A DNA stretch of 64,000 nucleotides. It comes from an uncultured Methanoregulaceae archaeon (GTDB taxonomy: Archaea > Halobacteriota > Methanomicrobia > Methanomicrobiales > Methanospirillaceae). Of this stretch, positions 30,504 to 41,704 are shown piece by piece. Under the pieces are notes generated by a model, which was given only the letters and a program-made list of their open reading frames with translations, was not told the origin of the DNA and did not search any database. The position numbers were made by a program, and so were the translations under genes. The stretch spans positions 128,001-192,000 of the forward strand of contig OY969564.1 of assembly GCA_963701095.1 (NCBI GenBank), given 5' to 3'. How positions within the stretch are numbered: the first letter of the stretch is position 1; each line of letters opens with the position of its first letter.

Positions 30504-30969
30504 TACATTTACCCTGACTAGGTTACCTGTCTATCATTATTCCATCGTAAAAGATATAATTAACTTCGATGGGATTCACGGGTTCTGTAAAGTCTGCGGG
30601 AAAACATAAGGAAAATGAGGCTTTCGCATGAGTGAGCACCCCCCGTCACTGGCAACTATCTGGAAATTCCAGATCGTTCATCCGCGAAATGGTGGGATAT
30701 TAACTGAGAAGTGAATGTGCAGATTATGCATTTTTTCTTTGAGTAACCATTTTTCATTAATCTGCGACGGAACTCCCCCTATTTTTAATTATTTTGTGAT
30801 ATTATTCTAATTATATAAGGTGATTAACTTGACGGTACGTTATTGTTAAATGATCATAGCATGTGATGGGGTTTCGTGGTTTTTTAGTTTTTTCTATGGC
30901 TCGGCAAAGAAAACCTTCTCTTTTACCGATCCCGCAGCCATTGTGGTCCGGGAATTACAAAAAAGAAGG

Positions 30970-32344
30970 TTACGAGATGTTCCTGCAGTGGTCAACAAAG
31001 TTCCGGAACATATCGCGGCTGCCCACGGGGTGGAGATGGGTATAGCTCCCCAGCGTATTGCTGACCACGGCACCGTCGAGAGTATCTTTTATTCCGATTC
31101 CCCGGGAGAGGTGATACGCATACCGTGTCGCGGGATCAAGCACCACTTCAGAATAATGGAATTCATGGCCGCGGAACCGTGCAGCACCCATAGGGCAGTC
31201 TTGTACGCTGGTCCCTTCAACGTAACTGACCACGCGCCGGGCCGGCATCCGGGTTTTCACCGGGAAACACGCCACACATCTCGCCGGAGATCTCAGTGTC
31301 TTGGCCCTGCCATCCTTTCCTGAGCACCATCGTGTCAGTAAGGTACATAAGCCCACCACACTCCGCATAGATCGGCGTGCCGTTTCGTGACACATCGCGG
31401 ATCGCTTCACGCATACGATCATTTTCTTCCAGCTCGGGAACAAAGAGTTCCGGGTAACCGCCACCGATAATATACCCGTCAGCGTCCGGTAACCGGTCGT
31501 GAATAGGACTGAACTGTACAACCGTTGCCCCAAGTGAAGGAAGGACATCGAGAAGATCCGCATAGTAAAAGTTGAACGCTTCATCGTACGCCACACCGAT
31601 GCGCAGGTTATGCCCTGAGGCTGGTTCAGGAACTTTCTCCTTCCCAATTGACGGAATTTCTTTAGCGAGCGCAAGAAGACGGTCGAGATCGACGTATTTT
31701 CCTATTATATCGGTGATCGTCCGGATCCGGTCATTAAAATCGCCCCTACCAGCCCCCTCCCGGTACGGGACGAGACCAAGATGGCGCATTGCAAGCTGCA
31801 TCTCTTCCATCCGGGGAATAGCACCAATAACCGGAACACCGCAGTAACACTCGATTGCCCGGGTCGCTTTTTCACGGTGCGTGCCTCCCTTGACCTGGTT
31901 AAGAATGACACCGGCAATACGGATCTCAGGATCGAATGCCTGGAATCCTTTGACAATCGCAGCCGCACTCCGGGTAATGCTCTGCGCTGAGATAACAAGG
32001 ATGACCGGCAGATCCAGTACCTTTGCAATGGCTGCAGTACTTCCCGAATCATCCAGAGCTTCGGCACCTTCGTACAACCCGCGTACGCCTTCGACCAATG
32101 CAATATCGGCGCCCCGGGAGCCCTGTAAGAAGATGTTACGGATCTGGCCTTCACTTAATACAAAGTTATCGAGGTTCCGGCAGGGCCTCCCCGAGACCGC
32201 GGAAAGATAGGAGGGATCGATATAGTCCATGCCTACTTTGAATGTCTGGACAGTACCCTCGTTTTTTAAAAGAGCGGCAAGGGCAAGTGTGATGCTTGTT
32301 TTCCCGCTTCCGGATCTGTCACCGGTTATAAGGAGAGATTTCAT
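30970..32344 (-). CDS. cfbB: Ni-sirohydrochlorin a,c-diamide synthase (frameshift near 31250)
   Basis: GSGKT, FKVGMDYIDP, AECGGLMYL, GHEFHYS; cfb cluster context. Confidence 0.9.
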
Positions 32345-33414
32345 CATACAAGACTCCTGAGCACAGCGCCAAATTCACTCTCCACAATGTCGCGTACCCC
32401 AAGCGTCTTGGGGTGGAGATCAATCTCGACCAGCACATGTTCGTGGCCGATAGCATGCAGCGGCGCCACCTGCCGGGGCCCGTTGGTAACCGAGAAACAT
32501 TCTATCCCGTTCGTATACGCCGGGGGAATAGCATGGGGCACGCCAGCAATAAAGGCAAACGTGGGTGCAATCTCCCGGATACGGGTGCCAAGGGTATCCC
32601 CGTTTGCCCCGTACTCGTCCAATGCCCCTATTACTTCAAGCGGTACTCCGCGCCGGATCATTTCGTCCCGTATTCGTCCGGCATCGACCCGGACCTTGGG
32701 TAGACCCCTGTTGTCGAGATTGGCGATATAGGTTATATCGGCATCCGGGCAGACTTCGTGGAGCGCGATAAGTTCATCGGCAAACATATAAGCTGTCTCT
32801 TTTTTGGCATTGAGGATAGCGACGCCCTTTTTCCCGCTCCGTGCGCATGCGATGAGGCGCTCCCCGGCGAGGTGTTTTAAGTCCCCGCGCAAAGGTTCGA
32901 GATATTCCTTTGACGCTGCCCCCCGGAGTTTCTCGACCTCATTTGCCTTTTCCATGAGCCGGTACTGGCGGGTAAGTTCTTCTTCGCTTATCCACCCTGC
33001 CTCTTTTGCTGCATCTAAAGTGGAGAGAACTCCGGCAATGTTTTCGGTGAAGCCGGCATGGATATCGACAGCAATAATCGGGGTCGTGACCCCGGCACTT
33101 TCGATGGCAGCTTGGAGGTCCTCACCGATGATCATCGAGACACAGGTTCCTATTACAGCCATTTTTTTGGGTGCAAACTGGTCCTCTGCATACCGTAACA
33201 CACTCTCAAGAGCCTTCTGGCCGCCAAAAACAAATTCGTTATCGGCAAGAGCAGTTGTCAGGACCCGCATCCCGTCCTCTTCAAGAAGCCTGGCATGTTT
33301 GAACGAGCAGCCGGAAGGGCCGTGCAGGATCGCGACGTCCACTTTGAGATCCCGTGCAGTGTAAAGAGCAGCTACAATAGAGCTTGGCCGTGGATGCATG
33401 AACCGTGTTGGCAT
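32344..33414 (-). CDS. cfbD: Ni-sirohydrochlorin a,c-diamide reductive cyclase catalytic subunit
   Basis: MHPRPSSIVAALYT..HGPSGCSFKHARLLEEDG. Confidence 0.92.
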   Translation of the reverse strand: MPTRFMHPRPSSIVAALYTARDLKVDVAILHGPSGCSFKHARLLEEDGMRVLTTALADNEFVFGGQKALESVLRYAEDQFAPKKMAVIGTCVSMIIGEDLQAAIESAGVTTPIIAVDIHAGFTENIAGVLSTLDAAKEAGWISEEELTRQYRLMEKANEVEKLRGAASKEYLEPLRGDLKHLAGERLIACARSGKKGVAILNAKKETAYMFADELIALHEVCPDADITYIANLDNRGLPKVRVDAGRIRDEMIRRGVPLEVIGALDEYGANGDTLGTRIREIAPTFAFIAGVPHAIPPAYTNGIECFSVTNGPRQVAPLHAIGHEHVLVEIDLHPKTLGVRDIVESEFGAVLRSLV

Positions 33415-33417
33415 TTG

Positions 33418-34630
33418 TTATCTCCATGTCTTGACTGCGAGCACGATGGCGCCGGTAGTCGTCCTTTCAATGGCACACCGCTCTGCCTCTTCAAGAGTCG
33501 GAAAGATTGCATCGATTGCAATCGGAGCGTCAGATTCTTTGAGTGAAGGTGGATCCCCCACCCAGATAAGTATCCGGGGCCGGATGGTCCGGACTGCTTT
33601 GAGGATCTGGTCGTCTTTGAATCCTTCGCAGACCGCACCGTCACCCTTGACTGTGCCTATTACAAGAGTTATTCCGGGAGAACCCGCACTCATCCGGGCG
33701 TACCGTGCTGCGTCGATAGTTGTTTCCGCAGTCGTCCCGCTGTTTGCATTGTCTATAATGAGGATATTGTCCTGTTTCATCACCGACATACGTCCCGGTA
33801 TACCAGTAAATGTGTCCAGGAGTGAAGGGTCATAGCCAAGCATTATAGTCTGCAGCCCCGGCGAGGGTAAGGGGCACGCGGTACCCCGGTGTAGAAAGAA
33901 GTTGATTTGTAAATGAACCGGATCGCCCGTCCACTGAAAGTGTGCAAGATGCACCTGAAACGGAAACAATGTCGTCAAGCTTGACAATATTTGAACTCTT
34001 TCCGGTTTCTAACGACACTGCCATAAGCAACCGCCGGCTCTTTTGTGCCGAGGCAGCTTTTTCTTTAAGAGCACTTTTCTTCCCGGCCGCACACAGGTAG
34101 TCGTCCGGGGAGGTAATGATGGCAAGATCCCCAGCACCGGTTACACCAAGTGATTCTTCAGCGATAAGCCAGCCCCGCATAGATACTGCCTTCTGTGCGG
34201 CATCCAGAACTGAAGCCGGCGTAATGCTTTTTTTAAAAATCAGCCGTTTCTCTGGCATTTCATAGGTACCGGTTGAAGTATGTAACACGCCGGGTCCCGT
34301 AAGCAGATGAGCAAGAGCATGTGCTGTTGTAGTCTTTCCTTGTGCCCCGGTAATTTCAATCATCGGACTCGGCACATTTCCGCACAGCAGCTGCCGGACT
34401 GCGTCATGGTGGGAAATGACCGGTTCTCTCCTCCGGCAGACCAATGGGTGTTCCGGGTCGAGGTGAACCGGGGACACAACGAGATCGTAGGTTGTGTTTT
34501 TAGCCCGTTGCGCAACCTCAGGTGTTGAGCCCCGGTACACATCGACAATATCAACCGTGTTACCGGCCTCAGCAAACGCTGCTCCAATACGGTTGCCGCC
34601 ATGGATCGTATCGAGTACCAGGATCCGCAT
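33418..34630 (-). CDS. cfbE: Coenzyme F430 synthase (frameshift near 33845)
   Basis: VLDTIHGG, EITGAQGKTTTA, IDNANSG, VKTWR. Confidence 0.88.
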
Positions 34631-34638
34631 ATACGTTT

Positions 34639-35040
34639 TCAGATAAGCGTAAGCGCCTGATGGGCATTTTTTACCATCAGCTGTGCAAGAAGGGGATCAA
34701 TCCCGATGGGATCTGCATAGACAAGCGGAATGGATTTTCCGTTAAGGACAAACGTGCCCTTTTTTGTACCTTCAGGAAGGCCAATCTCGGATGGAATGTC
34801 TTTTTCGATGTGGACACCTTTTGCAAGAAAGAGGGGGACGACCACAAGCACATCGATATTTTCTTTCCTGAACTCAGCTAACGCATCCTTGATGGATGGT
34901 TTATTGATATTCATAAAACCGCATTTTACAACAAATTCTGACGTCTGCGACTGGATCAGTTTTCCTGTTGATTCAATGAGCTCCTTATTGTAAGGCATGG
35001 TGCTTCCATGGCCTACAAGTAACATTCCCTTGGTAACCAT
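34639..35040 (-). CDS. cfbA: Sirohydrochlorin nickelochelatase
   Basis: LLVGHGS, VPLFLAKGVH (CbiX fold) in cfb cluster. Confidence 0.9.
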   Translation of the reverse strand: MVTKGMLLVGHGSTMPYNKELIESTGKLIQSQTSEFVVKCGFMNINKPSIKDALAEFRKENIDVLVVVPLFLAKGVHIEKDIPSEIGLPEGTKKGTFVLNGKSIPLVYADPIGIDPLLAQLMVKNAHQALTLI

Positions 35041-35275
35041 TTATGTAACCTCAATATTTTTTAGAAGGTCCGTTATTGTGACAACGAACACGTGATGTAT
35101 GACAAATTGTTCACAATCGTAATAATTTTTATCGTTTTTATCCTCCTATTCGTGCTACTCGTCGAAGGTTTCCCCGGGGAGTCTGCATTTTTGCATTACT
35201 AAAAAACAGCGCTTATGGGTTTGTCAGCAGTATCGCGGGAGGTCTTGAATACCGGCACACCCGATGAAAAGAGGG

Positions 35276-35749
35276 TTATTTTGAAAGGATCCCGTCAGCA
35301 AACCGGCGGACAGTATCCTCATAGAGCCCGCTTTCCACGTCTTTTTCCACGATTGTAGCCGATGACATAAATCTCATACCTTTCTTTTCAAGCAGGTGGC
35401 ACACGACTTCTGTCGGCCGGTCCGAGCCAGGCGAACCTCGCTCAACGAGCACGTGGAATGGTTTTCCTTCAGCGCCGGTCAACAGGGAAAGGTACATATT
35501 AACATACGGCGGGATTTTGGTAGCCCAGACCGGAGTCGCTATGACAAGGGTATCAATACCGGCAAGATCAGTTCTACAGGGTTTGATAGGGGAGGTCATG
35601 GACATGAGCGCTTCCATGGCGCCAAACGCAAGATTCACCCGGCTTGCAGGCTCAATCCGGATTGTCTCTGCCCCAATCTTCTTGGCTAGCGATGTTGCCA
35701 CGGTCTGGGTGTGTCCGGTGCGGGAATAATAAACAACAAGAGGGGTCAT
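35276..35749 (-). CDS. Flavodoxin family protein
   Basis: VVYYSRTGHT, IATPVW. Confidence 0.8.
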   Translation of the reverse strand: MTPLVVYYSRTGHTQTVATSLAKKIGAETIRIEPASRVNLAFGAMEALMSMTSPIKPCRTDLAGIDTLVIATPVWATKIPPYVNMYLSLLTGAEGKPFHVLVERGSPGSDRPTEVVCHLLEKKGMRFMSSATIVEKDVESGLYEDTVRRFADGILSK

Positions 35750-36100
35750 GGGTCAATCCTCTGATATCTCGGTTTTTTCAAAAACCCTTGGAAAAATTGC
35801 CCCCGTGTCCTCAAGGGACAACTTGCATTCATATATGTATTGCTACTCTTGGTAATAAATATATATTTATCTAAAAAACTCTAGTTAAAATATGAAAACT
35901 ATATCTTAAGGGGCAGCATATTTACAAGATAGTGTGCGAATAAATTGTTTATCATTATTAATGCTCTTAGATAAAACATAATATCCGGGTTATCAGGTTT
36001 TGAGAGCCAGGAAACACCTTGCAAGCATTCGTATTCGGGTACAATCCATGCTAGCCTACCTCACCGCTCGACAAAATAACGACAGGGGCAGGTACATTCC

Positions 36101-36914
36101 GTGATCGAATATTTCGCCGCAGGCCTGATTGCGATTGGTATTGGCATTATTGCCGCTATAATCGGGCTTGGTGGTGGTTTTTTTTATGTCCCGACACTTT
36201 CGTTGATCTTCGGCCTTGATACGAAAACAGCAATCGGTACCAGCCTTACTATTATGATCTTCTCCGCTATGTCTGCCTCGGTACTGGTACCGGAAACAGG
36301 GTATTATCCTCTACAGAGTGGCGCTGATTATGATCATTCCCAGCATGATTGCTTCGGTTATTGGGACCTATCTAACAACGCTTGTGGATGCCCGGATACT
36401 TGTTTTTATTTTCTGCGTCATGCTCACGCTTATTTCGCTTGAGATGTTGATCCCTGCATTCCGGTTCCTCACTGAGGTAAAGTGGGGGCCTTCTTTTGTT
36501 CTTGAGACTCAGGTTGATCACCAGGGCAAACAGCCGGTCGAACGCATATGGTATTCCCATCTTGTATTCTGGGGATTTGCCGGGGGCCTGTTGAGTGGAG
36601 TCACCGGGACAAGCGGTGGGGCACTTTTTGTTCCTGCCCTTGCGACCGCCGGTATACCCGTGCATTATGCTATCGCAACCTCGATGTTTACCATTATTCT
36701 TGTTTCCATCACCGGAGCGACTGCTCATGCTTCTATCGGCCAGATCTCGTGGCCGTTTGTTGCCGTATACGGTGCCGGGGCAGCCTTTGGCGCATTCATT
36801 GGGGCAAATGTCGCGCCTAAAATCAAGGAACAGGAGATCAAGAAAATATTCGGCTGTCTTCTCTTGTTTATTGCTGTCCTTATGTTCCAGCAGAAAGTTC
36901 TGATGGGTATATAG
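36101..36914 (+). CDS. TauE/SafE family exporter (frameshift near 36280)
   Basis: GLGGGFFYVP, AIGTSL, GTSGGALFVP; multiple TM segments. Confidence 0.8.
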
Positions 36915-37466
36915 GTATCAGATATCTCTTATAAAAAATAATTAAAAAAGCCTGATCTATGCACAATGAAAGACGGGTATTGGGGACGGGAAAATACTGT
37001 GGTTTTCACCATTTACTGCCACAATTTTTGCAATACCATGTCTCTTCGCGATTTTTAACATCGCCAATAATCAGTTTGCCTTTCCGCTGTTGGTTTCTCA
37101 AGGTTGGGGAAACATCGTAAATGATGGGAATGACGCCTTCAGAATTCATGCAGACGAGGCAATCCGGAGCGAGCCTTTGCACTTCACTTATGCACTGCAT
37201 ATATGATATGTTCCATTTATTTTCATCACCATAAATGTTATGAAATGAACTTACCCCTATAGAAGGCAATATTTGACATCTATATTTTGCCGATCCCGAA
37301 ATTTCACCGTTGATGGGGTTACCGTCTTGAATCCATTCCCGGTTTTCTGGAGAGCAAACCCCTTGTTGTCTTTGCTGCGGAGATGGTGGTGCGAACGGAT
37401 CTTTTCAAGCTGGACCGGAACATATGAAAAGACCTTTGTGATGCAAATCGTAACTAGTATGAATTC

Positions 37467-38606
37467 ATGATAGATGCGTTCGGGCGCTTCGGCCTTACTA
37501 TCAACAATCGCGTGGTCAAGACTCCTCTTGCAATAGCGTCCATGGCAGGCATCGTTGACGCGAGGTATGTCCTTGAACGTAAGGATCATATCGGTGTTGC
37601 ATTCATTGGCGGCTATGCAATCGACCAACCTACCATGGACGCTGCGCGTGAAATTGCTCATGACGGTACACGAAAAGAATTCCTGTATAACGATCCTCTC
37701 GAAGCATTGGGTGCCGAAATTACACTGCTCAAACCACTTGACCTTATCACCGGCATTAACCTTCGTGGCAGCTCACCGGATTCGTTTGTGCGCGTTGCCG
37801 AAGCTTTCGGAGAGGATGTGGTGTACGAAATTGACGCCCACTGCCGGCAGGATCCCATGGTCGCCGCCGGGTCCGGGGAACATTATCTTAAAAACCCTGA
37901 CGAACTTGTCGCGGTCATCAGGGCCCTCAAAGCAAAAAAGGTCGCAGTTTCGGTAAAGATTCGTGTAGGTGTTGCCGCGGATGATCGTGTGCTCGTCCGG
38001 AAAATCTGGAAAGCCGGTGCCGATATTATCCATGTTGATCTCATGGATGCCGGTGTAACAAAACTGCGGCAGATCCGGAACAGCTGCCCCCTTTTAATCA
38101 TTGCAAATAATGCCATTACGACGTTTGACCGGATGCGGGAGATGCTTTCACATGGAGCCGATCTCGTGTCGCTTGCCCGTCAGTCAGACGTAGATACGCT
38201 TGCCGGTCTTGATGCAGCCATTTCCCGGTACGCCGATAAAGAGGGCTGGTATAACTCACCAAAACAGTTGTGCCGGGGAGGAGATATCAGGGCACTGACG
38301 TTCTGTTGCATGCCGGTAAAGGAATGCCCTCTTATCCCGGCGCTCACAAGGATCGGTATTTCCCGCGACGAGTATGTCCGGCTCAAACTGGAAACAGTTA
38401 AAGGTACCCCTCTTGATTCAGGACCAAATACCTGTTTTGCAAGCCTTGCATGGTGCTGCAAAACATCTTCGCCCTGTATGTTCCGGGACATGACCCTTGC
38501 GAAGGAAGGTCTTTCAAAGAAAGAATATATGCGCCGGAAACGTGAGCTTTCAGATACGATAATGAGCCGTGTGTTTCATGACGTCCCATCTGATGAGTCC
38601 AGCTGA
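37467..38606 (+). CDS. Methanogenesis marker 9 domain protein
   Basis: ASMAGIVD TIM barrel plus Cys-rich LCRGGDIRALTFCC..LAWCCK. Confidence 0.88.
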   Translation: MIDAFGRFGLTINNRVVKTPLAIASMAGIVDARYVLERKDHIGVAFIGGYAIDQPTMDAAREIAHDGTRKEFLYNDPLEALGAEITLLKPLDLITGINLRGSSPDSFVRVAEAFGEDVVYEIDAHCRQDPMVAAGSGEHYLKNPDELVAVIRALKAKKVAVSVKIRVGVAADDRVLVRKIWKAGADIIHVDLMDAGVTKLRQIRNSCPLLIIANNAITTFDRMREMLSHGADLVSLARQSDVDTLAGLDAAISRYADKEGWYNSPKQLCRGGDIRALTFCCMPVKECPLIPALTRIGISRDEYVRLKLETVKGTPLDSGPNTCFASLAWCCKTSSPCMFRDMTLAKEGLSKKEYMRRKRELSDTIMSRVFHDVPSDESS

Positions 38607-39399
38607 ACGTGCGCAGCTTGCGATGGTGCTTGAGGTATCAGCGTTTCCAAAGCCCGGGAATGTTGACCGGTGTCACGATTATCCGGATACACGGCTCGAG
38701 CATTTCCTTGCGTCGGTGATTTTTTCCCGTCCTTCCCTTGAAGAGGCTTCATCGGGGAGAGGCCGGATCGGGGAGATTATTGGCCACGCGGTCCGCCAGA
38801 CCAATGTGCACAGTGGCGGTAATACGCATTTCGGTGCATTCATTCTCCTGATCCCGCTCCTCTACGGGGGCACTATCGAAGGTGCACAGGAAGCGGTAAC
38901 AAAAACCGATGTCTCGGACGCAGTCGCGTTCTACAAAGCGTTTGCACTTACCAGCGTCCGGATGAACGAGACCGATGCACTCGACGTAAACGATCCTAAA
39001 GCCCTCGACGAGCTCCGGAATCGCAACTTGACCTTGTATGACGTGATGGAGCATTCTGCACCAAACGATATGGTAGCCCGGGAATGGGTCAACGGGTTTT
39101 TACTTACTAGGCGGGGTGCCGATATGCTCCACCAGATCGGGCCCGGCAGGGAAGCGATCGTCGAGATGTTCCTGACGTTATTTGCAACCGAGCCTGATAC
39201 GTTCATTATCAAAAAACATGGCCGGGAGGTCGCGGAACGGACCATGGAAAAAGCTCGCGAGGTTCTCACCGGCCGCAGGGTACTGGAAACCTTTGATGCC
39301 GAATGTATCGAGAAAGGTATTAACCCGGGCTCGATAGCTGATATTACAATTGCAGCTCTTTTTATCGCATTAGGCGAGGGGTGGGCATGGGACTCTTAA
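38593..39399 (+). CDS. citG: Triphosphoribosyl-dephospho-CoA synthase family
   Basis: LEVSAFPKPGNVDR, NTHFG, INPGSIAD. Confidence 0.85.
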   Translation: MSPAERAQLAMVLEVSAFPKPGNVDRCHDYPDTRLEHFLASVIFSRPSLEEASSGRGRIGEIIGHAVRQTNVHSGGNTHFGAFILLIPLLYGGTIEGAQEAVTKTDVSDAVAFYKAFALTSVRMNETDALDVNDPKALDELRNRNLTLYDVMEHSAPNDMVAREWVNGFLLTRRGADMLHQIGPGREAIVEMFLTLFATEPDTFIIKKHGREVAERTMEKAREVLTGRRVLETFDAECIEKGINPGSIADITIAALFIALGEGWAWDS

Positions 39400-39943
39400 A
39401 AACCGGCATTAACGAAATTATTGCCACATCTGCATTCAACGCGGCACCAATGGGTATCCATCTCCGAGACAAAGAAGCGACCATGTTCCTCTTTCCCGGC
39501 AGCCATACTGCGGAAAATGTGGTACGTGACGGCTGGATTGTCGCAAATATTATCCATGACCCTGTCATGTATGTGAAGACGGCATTCGATGATCTTCCCC
39601 GCGATGCGTTTGTCGAAGAGCCGGTTTCAGGGAGACTGATGTACCGTCTCCGGGACGCTGAGGCCTGGATTGCATTTACTACACAGTTTGAGCGCAATAC
39701 TGCCGGGGTACTGAAGGTCCATTTAACGAAGGAAAAAGAAATTATCGAAGGGGTTGCAGTGCATCCGGTGAACCGGGGATTCAATAGTATCATCGATGCG
39801 ACCGTTCATGCGACCCGTTCCGGGAAAACAAGGACCCGGAACTGAAACGGCTTATTGAGTACCATGCTGATCTTGTCCGGAAATGCGGCGGTAAAAAAGA
39901 AATGGAAGCGCTCGATCTCCTGATGCAGTATATCAGCTATTGA
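39387..39943 (+). CDS. DUF447 family protein (frameshift near 39820)
   Basis: NAAPMGI, PGSHTAEN, NRGFNSIIDATVHATR. Confidence 0.8.
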
Positions 39944-39950
39944 AAAAAGA

Positions 39951-40946
39951 TCAGCACACCCGGGGGACCGGGTCACCCATGGGTGGTTCGATGAATCGTT
40001 CGCCCCCGATGGCTGTCTCCATGATCACATGGGATCCAGGAACAACCCTGCCAATAAGTGCGGCATCTTTCCCGAAACGGTGTGCATGCATCGCAGCAAG
40101 GATTGCATCAGCGTCACGGGCGGGAACGCCCATGACGACCTTGCCCTCGTTTGCCACTTCAAGCGGGTCAATCCCGAGCATACCGGCAGCACTTTTTACA
40201 CTACGGCGGATCGGGATACAGCTTTCTTCGATCCTCACCTGGACATGACTCTTTTTTGCCATCTCGTTTATGGCGCTTGCAAATCCGCCCCGGGTTGGAT
40301 CCTTCATCGCATGGATAGTACCAGCTTCGAGAACACCCTCCATCATCCCCCAGAGCGGGGCGACATCGGATAGGATCTGTTCACCAAGGTCAAACCCTTC
40401 GCGATGTGCCATAATGGCAATACCGTGGTCCCCAAGGGTTCCCGAAACGATAATGACATCGCCAGGAACGAGGCCGTTGTCCCGGACAATGGTCTTTGCA
40501 ACTCCAATCCCGGCGGTGTTGATGACAATCCCATCAAGCGAGCCACGTTCGACAACTTTAGTATCCCCGGTTACAAGGTTTGCCCCGGCTTCACCTAGGG
40601 CCTCGTCCATGGAACAAACGATCCGTTCGAGATCGGCGATATCAAAACCTTCCTCAATGATCATGCCGCATGAGAGTGCGACCGGCCGCCCGCCCATCAT
40701 GGTGAGGTCATTTATGGTGCCGCAGACTGCGATCCGGCCAATATCGCCACCCGGAAAAAAGATCGGGCGCACAACATGGGAATCGGTTGTGAACACAATA
40801 TTGATGCCATTGATGGGGATTACGGCACCGTCATCCAGGGACTCAAGACCGATACCACCGGCATTGTTGTGGGAGAATTTCGTGAGCGTCTGCAGGAGTT
40901 CTCCCATAACCTCGCCGCCGGCACCATGCATCAGGTTGACTTTCAT
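39951..40946 (-). CDS. hypE: Hydrogenase maturation protein HypE
   Basis: HGAGG, TTDSHVV, GDTKVV, DPTRGG, C-terminal PRVC. Confidence 0.95.
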   Translation of the reverse strand: MKVNLMHGAGGEVMGELLQTLTKFSHNNAGGIGLESLDDGAVIPINGINIVFTTDSHVVRPIFFPGGDIGRIAVCGTINDLTMMGGRPVALSCGMIIEEGFDIADLERIVCSMDEALGEAGANLVTGDTKVVERGSLDGIVINTAGIGVAKTIVRDNGLVPGDVIIVSGTLGDHGIAIMAHREGFDLGEQILSDVAPLWGMMEGVLEAGTIHAMKDPTRGGFASAINEMAKKSHVQVRIEESCIPIRRSVKSAAGMLGIDPLEVANEGKVVMGVPARDADAILAAMHAHRFGKDAALIGRVVPGSHVIMETAIGGERFIEPPMGDPVPRVC

Positions 40947-41287
40947 GGGGAATCAGCTACCTCTATTTCGACATTGGTTACAACAATTTCGCGGCCACGG
41001 ACGACTGATGGTAATCCACCACAACGGGGACAGACGTAAATCTCGTTTCCCTCGTACCCGCAGGGACATTTTGTTTCCGGCTCTATTTCAGTACAGTCGA
41101 GGATGGCGGCAGTAAAAAGGGGGTCGTCCTCTTTTATGGTATCAAACAAAAAAATCACCTGCTCCGGATTAACCATCGCCATCTTGCCTACGTCGACCCG
41201 GATCTTTTTTACCTGCATGGCGTTGTGATCGAGGGCTGCCTTTTTAGCGGTAGCATAGAGGTCGTAAGCGATGCTATACTCGTGCAT
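40943..41287 (-). CDS. hypA: Hydrogenase nickel metallochaperone HypA
   Basis: MHEYSIA; CPCG/CPRCG. Confidence 0.92.
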   Translation of the reverse strand: MHEYSIAYDLYATAKKAALDHNAMQVKKIRVDVGKMAMVNPEQVIFLFDTIKEDDPLFTAAILDCTEIEPETKCPCGYEGNEIYVCPRCGGLPSVVRGREIVVTNVEIEVADSP

Positions 41288-41511
41288 CACTCCTCCAGCG
41301 CTGCGTAGACCTGTTTGAAGATCTCCCGTGTCTCCAACCCGTCCTCACGGGAAAGGCGCTGGATTGCAAACCCTACATGAACGAGAACAAACTCTCCAAT
41401 CTTGACATCAACGAGATCAAGCCGGACTTCCTGTTTGAGGTCACCGTAATCCACGACCCCGATATTTCCGTCCTTAATCTCCAGTACTTCTGCAGGAACT
41501 GCGACACACAT
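41287..41511 (-). CDS. hypC: HypC/HupF chaperone
   Basis: MCVAVPA, VLVHVGFAI. Confidence 0.95.
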   Translation of the reverse strand: MCVAVPAEVLEIKDGNIGVVDYGDLKQEVRLDLVDVKIGEFVLVHVGFAIQRLSREDGLETREIFKQVYAALEE

Positions 41512-41626
41512 CGAAACTTCACACCTTTATCCGATTATGTACAATGGCATTTCCCTCCACATAAAAACAGTGATAATGGTTGCCCGGGAGGGAGCAGTGT
41601 ATTAAGGATAACAAAAATTACGAAAA

Positions 41627-41639
41627 AACGCCGGGGAAG
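41627..41639 (-). repeat. att-like copy of tRNA-Ser 3' end
   Basis: AACGCCGGGGAAG is identical to 59620-59632 and lies 65 bp upstream of the integrase. Confidence 0.6.
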
Positions 41640-41704
41640 GGCGTTTTAACTGAAGGTTAAGGTCTAACACTAAATTATTTAAAGATACAGCCCTATTTAG
41701 ATCG

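Larger units (their letters stand above)
29618..30852 (+). repeat. 82/83-bp direct repeats (29618-29700, 30771-30852) flanking DUF4258/zinc-finger module
   Basis: Near-identical copies (one homopolymer indel, one substitution). Confidence 0.92.

Noticed and set aside
30970..35040. cfb cluster lacking cfbC
   Set aside because: cfb genes are often dispersed; absence from this window is uninformative.
35075..35124. NikR-like operator upstream of cfbA (TATGAC-N15-GTAATA)
   Set aside because: Plausible context, but spacing does not fit the consensus I recall and AT-rich DNA gives chance matches.
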